This document shows, piece after piece, positions 1 through 13,230 of a DNA stretch of 64,000 bases (position 1 is the first letter of the stretch; each line of letters opens with the position of its first letter). Location: the NCBI RefSeq assembly GCF_004010195.1, contig NC_057749.1, forward strand, positions 9,594,572-9,658,571, in the 5' to 3' direction. The DNA is from Chiloscyllium plagiosum (Eukaryota). Both the position numbers and the translations under genes were made by a program. A model generated the notes under the pieces. That model was not told where the DNA came from. It searched no databases and saw only the letters and a list, made by a program, of their open reading frames with translations.

Positions 1-535
1 TCCTGATTTCCCTCTTAAGTATACTCCTACTTTCAAGGATTCATTTGATCTATCCTGTCTGTACCTGACATATGCTTCCTTCTTTTTCTTAACCAAACCC
101 TCAATTTCTTTAGTCATCCAGCATTCCCTATACCTACCAGCCTTCCCTTTCACCCTGACAGGAATATACTTTCTCTGGATTCTTGTTATCTCATTTCTGA
201 AGGCTTCCCATTTTCCAGCCATCCCTTTACCTGCGAACATCTGCCTCCAATCAGCTTTCGAAAGTTCTTTCCAGTCATCCCTTTACCTCTGAACATCTGC
301 CTCCAATCAGCTTTCGAAAGTTCTTGCCTAATACTGTCAAAATTGGCCTTTCTCCAATTTAGAACTTTAACTTATAGATCTGGTCTATCCTTTTCCATCA
401 CTATTTTAAATCGAATAGAATTATGGTTGCTGGCTCCAAAGTGCTCCCCCACTGACACCTCAGTCACCTGCCCTGCCTTATTTCCCAAGAGTAGGTCAAG
501 GTTTGCACCTTCTCTAGTAGTTACATCCACATATT
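1..535 (-). mobile_element. CR1 LINE ORF2 fragment (endonuclease C-terminus/linker)
   Basis: Minus-strand WMTKEIEGLVKKKKEAY and VGEHFG motifs. Confidence 0.85.
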
Positions 536-539
536 GAGT

Positions 540-635
540 CACAGGGAAATGGGTCTGAATGGATTACTCTTCGGAGGGTCGGTGTGGACTGGTTGGGCCG
601 AAGGGCCTGTTTCCACACTGTAGAGAATCTAATCT
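540..635 (+). mobile_element. HE1 SINE 3' fragment
   Basis: ttgggccgaagggcctgtttccacactgt...aatct tail. Confidence 0.8.
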
Positions 636-892
636 CAGCAACTATTTGAAGAAGTGAGTACCATATTCCCATTACCCAAGACTTCCAAACCAATTATTGG
701 CTCGATTTAAACATGAAAGCATTCCCTCAGTAGTACACTGAAGATTTAGCTTGAGTTTGGGTTTGGGTCTCTTGCTCACAACCTTCTAATTCAAAATCAC
801 AGCTGATCTTTCTTGAAAATACAAAACATTTAATGGATTACGATTCCTGTAAATATGGAGTTTGGAATCATGTCCCACAAGAACAAAACTCA

Positions 893-1165
893 GTTAGCAG
901 GTGTCTGCATGGGTTTCTTCCGGGTGCTCTGGTTTCCTCCCATAGACCAAAGATGTGCAGGTTAGGTGTTTTGGCCATGCTAAGTTGCCCAGAGTGTCCA
1001 GGGGTGTGCAGACTGGGTGGATTAGAAATTGGAAATATAAGGTTACAGGGATGGGGTAGGAGGTGTGTCCACGTGGGATGCTGTTCAGAGGGCTGGTGTG
1101 GACTCGATGGGTTGAATTGCCTGCTTCCACACTGATCTTTGAGGGGCCCTATGATTCTATGATTC
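893..1165 (+). mobile_element. HE1/V-SINE, 5' truncated
   Basis: V-domain gggtttcttccgggtgctctggtttcctccc plus tail. Confidence 0.8.
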
Positions 1166-1879
1166 TTAAAGCTAGGAAATGTCATTCGGTACAATACAAA
1201 CATCACAAGAAAAGTCTTGTCTTTTTACACAGGCCTCATGTCTTGTGATTTGATCCCACGGGCTATAAAATCAGCAGCTATCACTGGATAATAACAGATT
1301 CCCTGATTTGACAAGACACTGGCCTTATATCTGTCCTGCAAACACTGACAACACTGTAAATAAAAAAAAAGTAACAAACAATCATTCCAATGAAAAGTTT
1401 TAAGTTGTGATCTGTGCAGACTATCTACTCTTTGTGCCCACAATGCATCCTCTGCTTCATTGCTCTTTCATCTTGTTTTCCAGTTTTTCTCTCTCTATCT
1501 GTGTAGTAGATTTGAACATTGTCCCACCTAAAAGGACAGGTTGGATAAATCAGAGCTCCATTTGATTGGGGCACATTTGTTGAGAATGTAATTACCATTT
1601 TGAATGAGTCTAGACTGGGTGCAGATATGGTGCGAGGAAAAGCCTCACGGTGTATGGCATGATGATGGCCAACAGTATCTGGGTTTAAATATTAGGTACA
1701 ATAAGGAATGTGGACAAGACACTGTGAAGTATACCCTGCATACGCCTCGCCTGGGGTTGGAAGGTCAGGTAGCACATGCCGGGTAGTCATCAGCATCGTG
1801 GGTTCAATGATGTGACAGCCTGATGCTAATTTTTGACTTCAAAATGTTGATCTGTGATAATGAAGTGACTTGGGACCAC

Positions 1880-2375
1880 AACTTACCAACTTCTATAGAT
1901 GCACCACAGAAAGCATTCTGTCCAGATGCATCACGGCTTGTTATGGCAACTTCTCTGTCCAGGACCATAAGAAACTACAGAGAGTTGTGAACACAGCCTG
2001 GTTCATCCTGCAAATCCATTGACTCCATCTATACTTCTGCCTCGTGAAGGCAGCCATCATCAAAGACCCCCTCCCACCCCGGTTATAATCTCTTGCAATC
2101 TCTTCCATTGGACAAAAGATACAAAAGCTTAGACACACACACCGACAGATTCAAGAACAGCTTCTTCCCCGCTGTTATTAAACTTCTGAATGGCATTCTC
2201 AAATTTTAAATTTAAATGTTGATCTCGCTCTCTGTGCACCTTCTCTGCAGTGTAACATTGTATTCCTCCCTCTGTTCTATGACCCTAATGCACTTTATAT
2301 GGTATGATCTGCCTGTACTGCACACAAAACAAAACTTTTCACTGTACCTTGGTACATGTGACAATAATAACTCAA
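1880..2375 (+). mobile_element. Rex1/Babar LINE 3' fragment
   Basis: LTNFYRCTTESILSRCITACYGNFSVQDHKKLQRVVNTA, later RFKNSFFP. Confidence 0.85.
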
Positions 2376-2437
2376 ATCAAACCAGAGGGTCAAAGTCACT
2401 TCTTTCTTCCAAAGCATGCGAAACTTCCATATCTTTA

Positions 2438-2965
2438 CACAGATTTACTAGAATGGTTCCAGGTCAAAGGGACTTTAGCTTCAAGTTTGGGTTGAAGAAG
2501 CTAGTGGAAAAGAGGTTGTGGAAAGATTTGATGGAGGTGTAGATGATAATGACAGGTTTAGACAAGGGAGACAACAAAAAGCTGTTCCCATTAGCTGATT
2601 AGGACTAGACCATTTAAGGACTACGGGACAAAGCTTTTTGAAAAGATGCTTCTTCTTGTGGTGAGAATCTTGAACTTCGGGTCATAGTTCAAAAGTAAAG
2701 GATTGCCCATTTAAAACATTTGTTTCACTCCAAGGTTTGAGAGTCTTTGGAATTCGCTTTCTCAAAAAGGTCATGAATACAGACTCTTTAAATATATTTA
2801 AGGCAGAGATAGCTGGATCATTGATTACCAAAGGGATGAAAGATTATCAGGGATATACAGAAATGTAGAATAGAGGTTAAATCAGATCAGCCATGATCTT
2901 ATTGAGTGATGGAACAGAATGAAAGGGCCAAGTGGCCTGCTCTTGTTCCTCAATTATATGTTCGT
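2438..2965 (+). mobile_element. Old CR1 LINE 3' end
   Basis: RFTRMVPG and the gatcagccatgatcttattga 3' UTR motif. Confidence 0.75.
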
Positions 2966-5271
2966 TTGTTTTTTACGTGCATGATAATTATAGGAATAAG
3001 AGATTTCTAATATATAATTACATGCAGTATAAATGGAAAAGTGAAGTTACACATAGTAATCAGTTCCCTTATTAGTTTACCTGTTCGGTTCATTTACAGC
3101 AGATAGCTCCAGCTGTGAACATCATAAGAACTGAACCTGAGGCACTTCAACTTGTTTTAAGTCACATTACATAGAATATACAGTATCAAAACAGCCCATT
3201 CAGTCTAACATACTACTTCTTGTCTTTCTCCTGCTGGGTTTGAATCTCTTCCCAACCTCTCAACACCTTCTTTCTCCCTCGGGTATTTGTCTAGCTTCCC
3301 TTTAAATCCAACTTCACCCACAGTGCTGAAAGTTTACATTCCAGAAGGATAGTAACTTTAGGCATTGATTCCTGTGTACAAATACATTGGCCACACTGGC
3401 AGATGTTCAGCCACAAGGAAATGCAGACTTTCTAGCCTGGGGTTTCTCACAACCCTCTGAACATGAAAACAACCCAGGGGGAAGATCCACATGTTGTGGA
3501 GAAAACAGACTCTTTAATGGGTCATCAGTTCATGCAAAGGGATTTGACCCAAATAAATAGGTGAAACAGATTTAAACTCCCTTAGGTATTGACTCAATGC
3601 AGGAACTAATCAGAGACATGCACTAACAATAGAGCACATTTTGCTAACACTTGGGTGACATGCAAGTGATATTAAAATATTGAGTTGCTTCTTCATTGTT
3701 TGTGAAACTTTGTCTGCTTACTAATCACGTGACTAGAGCAGCTTGACACCACACAACAATAATAATTTGTAGAACATTCTATAGGTTAATTAGCAATCTC
3801 AAGCATGCTACTACTATACTAGTTACTATATTCATTGTTACCCACGTGTTTAGAATAGAATGGATATATTTTAATCTCAAATTGTGTTTTCTGTCACTCC
3901 TGCCATTTCGCACACGTGCATTTACTGAATTTTGGAGGAAGATGGAATACCTGATTTTATGCAGCATTTGCTGAGCTCGGGAATTTATGTAGAACATAAA
4001 ACAGTATAGCACAGTACAGCATTGGCCCTCGATGTTGTGCTTATCCTACTTTTATCCTACTCTAAGATCAAACTAACCTACATACCCTTCATTTTACTAT
4101 CATCCATGTGCCTATCCAGGAGGCGCTTAAATGTCCTTAATGTATCTGACTCTACCATCACTGCTGGCAGTGCATTCCACACACCCACCACTCTCTGTGT
4201 AAAGAACCTACCTCTGACATCTCCCCTAAACCTTCCTCCAATCACCTTAAAATTATGGCCACTTGTGATAGCCATTTCCGCCCTGGGAAAATGTCTCTGG
4301 CTATCCACTCTGTCTACGCTATTCATTATTTGTACACCTCTATGAAGTCACTTCTCATCATTCCTAGCTCCAGTGAGAAAAGCCCTAGGTCTCTCATCCT
4401 TTTTTCATAAGACATGTCCTCCAGTCCAGGCAGCATCCTGGTAAATTCCTCTACACCCTTCTAAAGCTTCCAAATGCTTCCAATAATGAGGTGACCAGAA
4501 CTGAACACAATATTCCAAAATGTGATCTAACCAGGGCTCTATAGAGCTGCAGCATAACCTCATGGCTCAAACTCAATTCCCCGCTAATGAAAGCCAACAC
4601 ACCATATGCCTTCTTAACAACTCTGTCAACTTTGGTGGCAACTTTGGAGGATCTATGGACGTGGACCCCAAGATCCCTCTGTTCCTCCATATTGCCAAGA
4701 ATCCTGCCTTTAACGCTGTGTTCTGCATTCAAATTCAACCTTCCAAAGTGAATCCACTTCACACTTTTCCAGGTTGAACTCTGTCTGCCCCATCTCAGCC
4801 GAGTTCTGCATCCTGTCAATATCCCGTTGCAACCTACAACTTCCCTCCACGCTATCCATAACTTCACCAACCTTCGTGTCATCAGCAAATTTACTAACCC
4901 ACTCTTTCCACTTCCTCAGCCAAGTTATTTATAAAAATTACAAAGAGCAGAGGTCCCAGAACCGATCCCTATGGTACACCACTTGTCACCAAGCTCCAGG
5001 CAACACACTTTCCATCTACTGCCATCCTCTGTCTTCTATGGGCCAGCAAATTCTGTTTCCAGACAGCCAGATTTCCCTGTCTCCCATGCCTCCTTAATTT
5101 CTGAATGAGCCTACCGTGGGGAACCTTATCAAACACCTTGCTAAAATCCACGTACATCACGTCTACTGCTCTACCTTCATCAATGTGTTTTGCCACATCC
5201 TCAAATAATTCATTACAATTTGTGAGACATGACCTGCCTCTCACAAAGCCATGCTGACTATCTCTAATCAA

Positions 5272-6260
5272 GATTTGGAGGTGCTGGTATTGAACAGGGG
5301 TGTACAAAGTTAAAAATTACATAACATCAAGTTATAGTCCAACAGGTTTATTTGGAAGCATTAGCTTCTTCATCAAGTGGTTATGGAGTATAAGATTGTA
5401 AGACACAGAATTTATCGCAAAAGTTTACTGTGTGATGTAACTGAAATTATATATTGAAAAAGACCTGGATTCTTTGTTAAGTCTCTCATCTTTTAGAATG
5501 AACATGTTGGTTTTAGTTGTTTCATATGTAAATTGCAGAACTTTTTTAAAGTTACATTCTCAAGTGAACTTTAACAATTGGTGTCATGTTGGCCCAGATG
5601 GTGCATTTAAGGTGTGAGGTGCCCTGTGTGAGACTGTCTGTGCCATTAATGTTCAGGCTGATTGTAATTTAAAAGTTGGATTTACATAATCTTACATGGA
5701 TTCATGTAGTTTTTGAGCAAAACAAAATGTAATTCTGCAAGTACAAATTCACCCCACAAACGTATATATGCGTGTGTATGCATGTGGGTGTGTGTGCGCG
5801 TGGGGGTGGTTATGAGTGTGTCTGTGAGAGAGTGTATGTGTGTGAGTGTGAGTTGTAAATAAGTCTGTGAGAGGGTACGTGTGTGCATGGGAGTGTATGA
5901 GAGAGGATCTGTGTGAGTGTATGGGTCTGTAGGAGTGTCTGTGTTTAGGAATGTCTGTGAGTGTGCGTGCATGTGTGCGTGTGTAGTGCAGTGGGGTCAC
6001 CGGCAGTGTGACGTGAACTCAAGGTCCTGATTGAGGCCATCCTCATAGGTACCGAACTTGGCTATCAACCTCTGCTCGGCCACTTTGCGTTGTTGCCTGT
6101 CCCGAAGTCCACCTTGGAGGATGGTCACCTGAAGGTCCGAAGTTGAATGTCCTGGATCGCTGAAGTGTTCTCCAACTGGGAGGGAAAACTCCTATCTATT
6201 GCTTGTTGTACGGTGTCTATTCATCCGTTGCTGTAGCCTCGCCAACATAACATGCATCTA
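5272..6260 (-). mobile_element. Penelope-like element 3' part (GIY-YIG C-terminus, (CA)-rich UTR) nested in CR1
   Basis: RMNRHR..LPVGEHFS..EQRLIAKFGT..GLNQD. 12-bp TSD atctctaatcaa at 5260-5271 and 6261-6272. Confidence 0.88.
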
Positions 6261-6473
6261 ATCTCTAATCAAACTATGGTTTTCCAAGATTCCTGTCTTC
6301 AGAATCCTCTCCAATACTTTGCCCACCACAGACTAAGACTGGCTCATCTGTAATTCCCAGAATTATCCCTGATCCCTATTTTGAACAAGGGAATAACATT
6401 TGCCTCCCTCCAATCGTCTGGCACTATCCGTTCAAGCACATCAGTCTGTTTCATGTTGTCCTCAGAAATGTCA

Positions 6474-6493
6474 AGGGTTAGGGTTAGGGTTAG
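6474..6493 (+). repeat. Short interstitial telomeric repeat, (AGGGTT)3AG
   Basis: agggttagggttagggttag. Confidence 0.85.
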
Positions 6494-8083
6494 TAAATAC
6501 TGAAACAAAGTATTCATTGAGGACCTCCCCTACCTCCTCCAACTCTCAGCACAAGCTCCCTCCACTCTCCCCAATCAGCACTCCCCTCACTCTGGCCATT
6601 CTCTTGTTTCTCACATAAATGCAAAATGCCTTATGGTTTTCCTTAATGCTACTCGCTAAAGCTTTTTTATGCCCCCTTCTCGCTCTCCTAATTCCATTCT
6701 TTGGTTCCTTCCTGGCTACTTTGTAACCATCTAAAGTCCTGTCAGATCCTTGCCTCCTCAACCTTAAATAAGCTTCCTTCTTCCTCTTGATTAGATGTTC
6801 CCCATCCAATGTAACCCAAGGTTCTTTCATTTACCATCCCTTCCTTGCCTCAGTGGGACAAACCTGTCCAGCACCATCAGCAAGTGCTCCCTAAACAACC
6901 TCCACATTTCTGTCATGCATTTCCCTGAGAACATCTGTTCCCAATTTAGGCACCCCAGTTCCTGCCTAATAGCATTATAATTCCCCCTCCCCCAATTAAA
7001 TACTTTCCCATACCGTCTGCACCGATCCCTTCCCATGACGATAGTAAAGGTCAGGGGGTTGTGATCACTATCACCGAAATGCTCTCCCACCGAATGATCC
7101 GCCAAGCACCAACTCCAATATGGCCTCCCCTCTAGTCGGCCTATCTACATTTTGAGTCAGGAACTCTTCCTGGTCACACCTGACAAAACTGCTCCATCCA
7201 AACTACTTGAACTAAGGAGGTTCCAATCAATATTTGGAAAATTGAAGTCACCCATGACAATAACCCTGTTACTTCTGCACCTTTACAAAATTTGTCTCAC
7301 AGTCTGCTATTCCATGTCTCTGTTGCTATTGAGGGGTCTATAGAAAACTCCCAGTAAAGCGACTGCTCCTTTCCTGTTTCTGACTTCCACCCATACTGAC
7401 TCATAGACAAACCCTCCTCGACAACCTCCCTTTCTGCATCTGAGATACTCTTCCTGATTAGCAATACCACTTGCCCATCTCTTTTACCTACCTCCCTATA
7501 CCTTTTGCAACATCTTAACCCCGGAACATCCAACAACCATTCCTGCCCCTGTGATGTCCAAGTCTCTGAAATGGCCACAACATCGTAGCTCCAAGTACTG
7601 ATCCAGACTCTAAGCTTATTACCCTTACTCCTGACATGTCTTGCATTAAAATAGACACAATTCAACCTGTCACACTGACTGCAACTTTGCCCTATCAACT
7701 GTCTATCCTTCCTGACAGATTTTCTGCACACTGTATCTGTCTATTCACTGCTACCCCATCCTCTGATCTGTAGCTGCGCTTCCCATTCCCCCCGCCAAAC
7801 CAGCTTAAACCCTCCCAAAGAGCTCCAGCAAACCTCCCCCCCAGGATACTGGTACCCATCCCGTTCAGGTGCAACCTGTCCTCCTTGTACTGGTCCCACC
7901 TTCACCAGTATGGTAGCATACTGGTGCTGTTTCTGGACTTATAATCTATGTGCCCAGACCAGTGAACTGGGGAGAAGGGTTTGAATCCTAGCACTTAATT
8001 AATTTTATTTTGTTATTCAATTTTCTAAAATTAAGAATCTGTAATAGAATGTTAATCTCGGTAATATGCCATGAGATTAGCAT

Positions 8084-8241
8084 AGGAGAATGTGAGGGCT
8101 GCAGATCAGAATTGAGAGTGTGGTGCTGGAAAAGCACAGCAGGTCAGGCAGCATCCGAGGAGCAGAAGAATCGACGTTTCGGGCATAAGCCCTTCATTAG
8201 GATTCCTGCCTGACCTACTGTGCTGTCCCAGCACTACACTC
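8084..8241. mobile_element. Fold-back Penelope end element
   Basis: Inverted arms gtgctggaaaagcacagcaggtcaggcag / ctgcctgacctactgtgctgtcccagcac. Imperfect flanking duplication catga..tta.catag. Confidence 0.75.
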
Positions 8242-9633
8242 ATGAAGTTACCATAGATTGTTGTAAAAGTCCACCTGGTTCAGTCATGTCCTTTTAGGAA
8301 AGAAATATGCCATCGCTTAAAGGAGACTCGAAATTGATCCTTTCCATCTTACGTGAATCAGAATGAGGAAGCCAGAAACAGATGTGGAAGAAAAGAGCCA
8401 CGACTTTACACAACATGAGGAGAGGGTGCTGATTCGTTGGGCTATCACTGGCATGTAGATGCAACAAGAGCAACTGTCTCTGATACTCAAGTCTGTTTCT
8501 TGCCTGTTAGTCCTGAAAAGCTTTGGCCTCAACTTTCCTTTTAGCAACGTACTCCAAAGCATTTATAATTATTCCATCCTACCTAACCCCGTCTATACGC
8601 GATCCCAGACGCACACTGTGACTCTTAAGTGGCCTCTGAAATAGCCTAGCAAGCCGTGTTCAATTCAAGGGTAATTCAGAATGGACATCAGCAGTGATGT
8701 CCAGATCCCACAAAAGTGTAGGAGAGATAGTGTGTCAATATGATTTAAGACACTTCACTGCGAATGATGCAGCCTCATTCTCTGCCCCACAGAGTTAAGC
8801 AGTTTCCATTATTGAATGCAGTTAAGGCTGGGATAGTCAGATCCTTTAATGAATGAAGGGTTACTGGGAGCAAGCAGGAAGATGGAGTTGAAGCCAAGAT
8901 CAGCTATGATCATGTTCAATGGCACAGCAGAATTGATGGACCGAATCGTCCACTCCTGCTCCAATTTCTCATGTTACGTTATTCACAACCAGAGCAGTGA
9001 GTTGAAGAAAGTGGTCCTGAAACTTATCACAAGGGAACCAAAATCAAAATGATTCCAAATAACCAGCAAAGCCACTGGAACACAATCTTCTCAGCACATC
9101 TCCACATAATTCCAACTGAAATGCAAGTATAAGCCATAAATAAGAAACATTTGCTGCATATCCAATGGTGTTGATAGTGTCTTTTCAAATTTTTATAATT
9201 TATTCTTTCACAGGATGTTGACTTTGCCGTCAAGGTCAGCATTTATTGTTGATTCCTAACCACTCTTGAGAAGATGATGACTTGCTGCCTTCTTAAAATA
9301 TTGCAGTCCATGTGGTCCATGTAATATTTGAATGCCTTTGAGAATTAGCTTCCATGCCCTGTGATGGTTTGGTGGTTTGGGATTCAGAAATGGGGCAAAC
9401 AATAGAAGAGTAAAGAATTTGCATTCAGCAATTTTTCAGGTGTACCGTAATATGAAAAGAGCACAAAAGCTATTGGGAACTCAGAGGATGAATTCACCAG
9501 CACGATAGCTGAGATACTTGGAAAGAAAGGCTTGAACTAGTTGGGACTGTTTTGCAAACAGTAAAGAAAGCTGAGAGGTGATTTAATAGATTTTGTTTCA
9601 GACTGTGAAGGGAAAGACTATTTTCTCTGTCTG

Positions 9634-9845
9634 TAGTTAAAAATCACACAACACCGGGTTATAGTCCAACAGGTTTACTTGGAAGCACTAGCTTTCGGAG
9701 CGCTACTCCTTCATCAGGTGGTTGTGCAGGATGAAGGAAGCACCAAAAACTAGTGCTTCCAAATAAACCTTTTGGTCTATAACCTGGTGTTGTGTGATTT
9801 TTAACTTTGTACACCCCAGTCCAAACCGGCACCTCCACATCATGA
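9634..9845. mobile_element. Fold-back Penelope end element (same family as the 5272 end)
   Basis: ~80-bp inverted arms agttaaaaatcacacaacacc...ggtgttgtgtgatttttaact. Confidence 0.85.
9689..9717 (-). ncRNA. Minimal hammerhead ribozyme core (Penelope type)
   Basis: CUGAUGA-A-GGAG(UAGCG)CUCC-GAAA-GCUA with palindromic AGCU stem III. Confidence 0.7.
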
Positions 9846-9924
9846 CTTCTCTGTTTGGTGTTTGGGTAATCAATTTAAATTCAGGACAAAAGATACAAAA
9901 GAACAAGCTTAAGGCATTGTTTTC

Positions 9925-10730
9925 ATAGATCACTACAATGCAGAAAAAGGCCATTTGGCCCATCCAGATTGCACTCGCCCTCCAAACAGCATCCCACCCA
10001 GACACCCCCCTCCCCTCTATAATGCCACTCGAGATTGCACTCGCCCTCCAAACAGCATCCCACCCAGACACCCCCCCTCCCCTCTATAATGCCACAGTTA
10101 CCATGGCTAACCCACCATCCAGCACATCCCCAGACATGACAGAGCAATTTAGTATGGGCAGTCCACCTTTGGACTGTGGGAGGAAACCAAAGCTCCCAGA
10201 GGAAACCCACGCAGACACAGGGAGAATGTGCAAACTCCATACAGACAGTTGCTCAAGGGTGGAGTCGAACCCAGGTCCCTGGTGCTGTGAGACAAAAAAA
10301 AAACGCAGGTGCTGGAATCCAAAGTAGACAGGCAGGAGGCTGGAGGAACACAACAAGCCAGGCAGCATCAGGAGGTAGAGAAGTCGACTCAGACTCCTGC
10401 CTGCCTTTTTGATGCTGTCTGGCTGGTAAATGTGGCATTATAGGGGGTTGTGTCTGGGTGGGATGCTCTTTGGAGGGTGAATGTAATCTTGATGAGCCAA
10501 ATGGCCTCTTTCTGCACTGCAGTGATCTATGAAAACAATGTCTTAAGCTCATTCTTCCAGCCTCCTGCTTGTCAGCTCCCCCCACACCCACCCCCAGTCC
10601 TGAAGAAAGGTTACACCCGAAACATCGATGTCTCTGCCTCTTGATGCTGCCTGGTTTGCTGTGCTCTTCCAGCCTCCTGCCTGTCTACCCTGATGCTGTG
10701 AGGCAGCAGTGCTAACCACTGTGCTGCCCT
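9925..10730 (-). mobile_element. HE1 SINE interrupted by a composite Penelope insertion (10292-10687)
   Basis: SINE breaks at ccctggtgctgtgag (10277-10291) and resumes at ccctgatgctgtgag (10688-10702). Confidence 0.8.
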
Positions 10731-11029
10731 GCTTTGTACAGAGAGGTGTCAAATACGTGCAAATGTTTGTAGGAGGAACTGATAGATGCAGAGAATTTAA
10801 AGGAAAAGAAAGTCAATAATTGATGGAAGCAGAGAAAGATACAGGAATATGGAGAGAGCAGGCACTGGGATTGATTTTGGATGGCCCTGGCAACATGCCA
10901 ATGCAGATATGATACTGAATGCAGAATTGTCTCCTTTTGTGCTAATTTCTTTGCTTCTACAGTTGTGAAGTATGCTTTATTAGTCAAAGAATACCTTTAC
11001 TTCTGATAAGTAATATCTTTATTTTGTGA

Positions 11030-11235
11030 TCAAAGCATAAAATGCTGGAGAAATTCAGCAGGTCTGACAGTGTCTGCAAGAGAGAAACAGAGTTAACATT
11101 TCCAGCCCAAAATTGTTCCTCTTTGGATTTGGAACATTAACTCGGTTTTGTTATCTCCACAGATGCTGCCCACTTTCTCCAGCACTTTCTGTCTTCACTT
11201 CAGATTTCCAGCATTTGCAGAATCTTGCTTTCTTA
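11030..11235. mobile_element. Degenerate fold-back Penelope end element
   Basis: tgctggagaaa..agagaaacagagttaac / ttaactc..tctccacagatgctgcc..tttctccagca. Confidence 0.65.
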
Positions 11236-12737
11236 TCTTTGTTTTCTGAGGACATGTACTCCTGTCAGGATGTGGGTGCCAATTTCACGCTAGCTTCTTT
11301 CTCAAATAATTGTTCACTGTATGTCAGAATCTTGACATTACAGAGGAAGTTTACTTCTTTCATACTGGAAAACTTAATCCCCTTGGTCGACAGTGATAAA
11401 GGAATTTTGACCTGGGAGGATCACAAACTAAGTGAGTCTCCTTCTTTCATCTCCCTACAATTTTTTTCACTGCCTGCTCATCCTGAAGGTTGATCTATCA
11501 TTCCTGGAGACACTAGGATGATCCTGGAGGGTTGTCCTACACTTGCCTAATGCAAACCTCAGGAAACTGCACACTAAAATGACACTGCACAGCGTGCACC
11601 AAAGCAAAGCCAAACCCATTCCACATTGTGTAACTGTGCAACCTACTTTGCAAGTTGTGTAATACTGCTGACCTGTGGTTATTTATTTTTTTTAAGCGCT
11701 ACACAGTGACCTGTACAAGATGAGGCTAGGGCAAATAAATGGGGGATGGACGAATGAACTGAATGTGATCTCACAGATCTGGCAAATGTTCAGAATCAGC
11801 AGACTTAAAAGCTATAATTAGTGTGGACTTAATCCTCATGATTTTAATAGTGTTTCTCTCCCTAATAGTTTTCATCCCATAAGTCCTTTCTCGGGCATTT
11901 CAAAGTCTTGGCAAGAGAGGGACGAATCTTCCAGAAAACTTGTAAATGTTCAAAACGGGCGAAGTCAGAAGTTTCAAGTGATGACACACTCACATGTCTG
12001 TGTGCACACATGCGCATATTTGTGAGTTGAAGAAATATTGCATCACAACAGGGAGATGTTCATTCTGCACGCTGTGGTCTCACCACAACAGGGTGAATAA
12101 ACATGCAAGAATGTTTGGATCTGGCATCCAGTCAATTCCAACAAAAGCCTGTCAGCTGAAGACAGCTTTTATATTCAGGCTGCTCCACAATTTGCAGAGC
12201 ATGCTAACTTTGCCAGATGCAAAATATCAGCCCCATGATTTTTCTGCTTCCTACAAGATAATAAATCCAGTTAAACCAGGCCAACACTCCGATTTTTGAC
12301 TGATGTTTTTTCTAAATTAATTCTTAGGATGTGGGCAAAGCTGGCAGGGCTACCATTTGTTCATCATTCCCAAAGCTGCAAGGAGAATTGCGAATGTGGC
12401 TGAACACTGCAATTCTCACCAAACACCCCTACTTGGGTGGCACGGTGGCTCAGATGTACAGGAAGGAGAGATTGCTTCTGATGCAGTGCTGAGGCTACAC
12501 TTGGTGGATAATGCTAAATGCCAAGACAAATAGAAAAGCTCATGTTCGGCAAATATCTGACCAAATACTGTCAGGGACCCAGCACCAAGGATGGCCAACA
12601 GTTGCAGGGCAACATGAAATCAACAATAACAATAGATTGCATTTATATAACACCTTTAACAACATGAAATATTCTAAGGCACTTCACCAGAATGCTATCA
12701 TTTACAATCCGACTTTAAGCCCCAGAGAGTGATCCAC

Positions 12738-13230
12738 AAACAGAAATTGCTGGAAAAACTCAGCGGGCCTAGTAGCATCTGTGGAGAGAAATCAGAGCTA
12801 ATGTTTCAGGTCCAGTGACCCTTCCTCAGAACTGATGGTCGCAAGAAAAATATCTTTTTTTTGGCAGAAGTTTGGCTGGAGGGAGAGGGTAAGAATTAAA
12901 TGATGGGCAGGGTAGAGCCCAATTAGAAAGAAAAAGACAGACAAAGGAGTGGATAACGAGTAAGCTGGGAGGGTGAATGGCTATTAATGGGGACGTTAGG
13001 CACTAACAATGGGTTGTGTGTAATAGCAGGCTAGATGATAACAAAGTCTGGTGTGTGGGGATTGGGCTAAGGATATGGGAGAAGGTGGTGAAGCCCTAAA
13101 GTTGTTGAACCCAATATTGAGTCCAGAAGGTAGCAGGGTTCCCAAATGGAAAATGAGGTGTTGTTCTTCCAGTTGCGTTGAGCTTTGCTGGAGCACTGCA
13201 GCAAGCCTGAGTCAGAGATGTTGGCCAGTG
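12738..13230 (-). mobile_element. Penelope-like element 3' fragment
   Basis: EEQHLIFHLGTLLPSGLNIGFNNF and hammerhead-like ctgaggaagggtcactggacctgaaac. Confidence 0.85.

Larger units (their letters stand above)
3988..7905 (-). mobile_element. Long decayed CR1 LINE (ORF1 esterase end, APE endonuclease, RT, 3' UTR), interrupted by a Penelope insertion
   Basis: YKEDRLHLN (SGNH-type), YFNAR/ISETW, SQHGFVRGRSCLTN, DFSKVFDKVPH, FFTQRVVGVWNALP. Confidence 0.92.
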
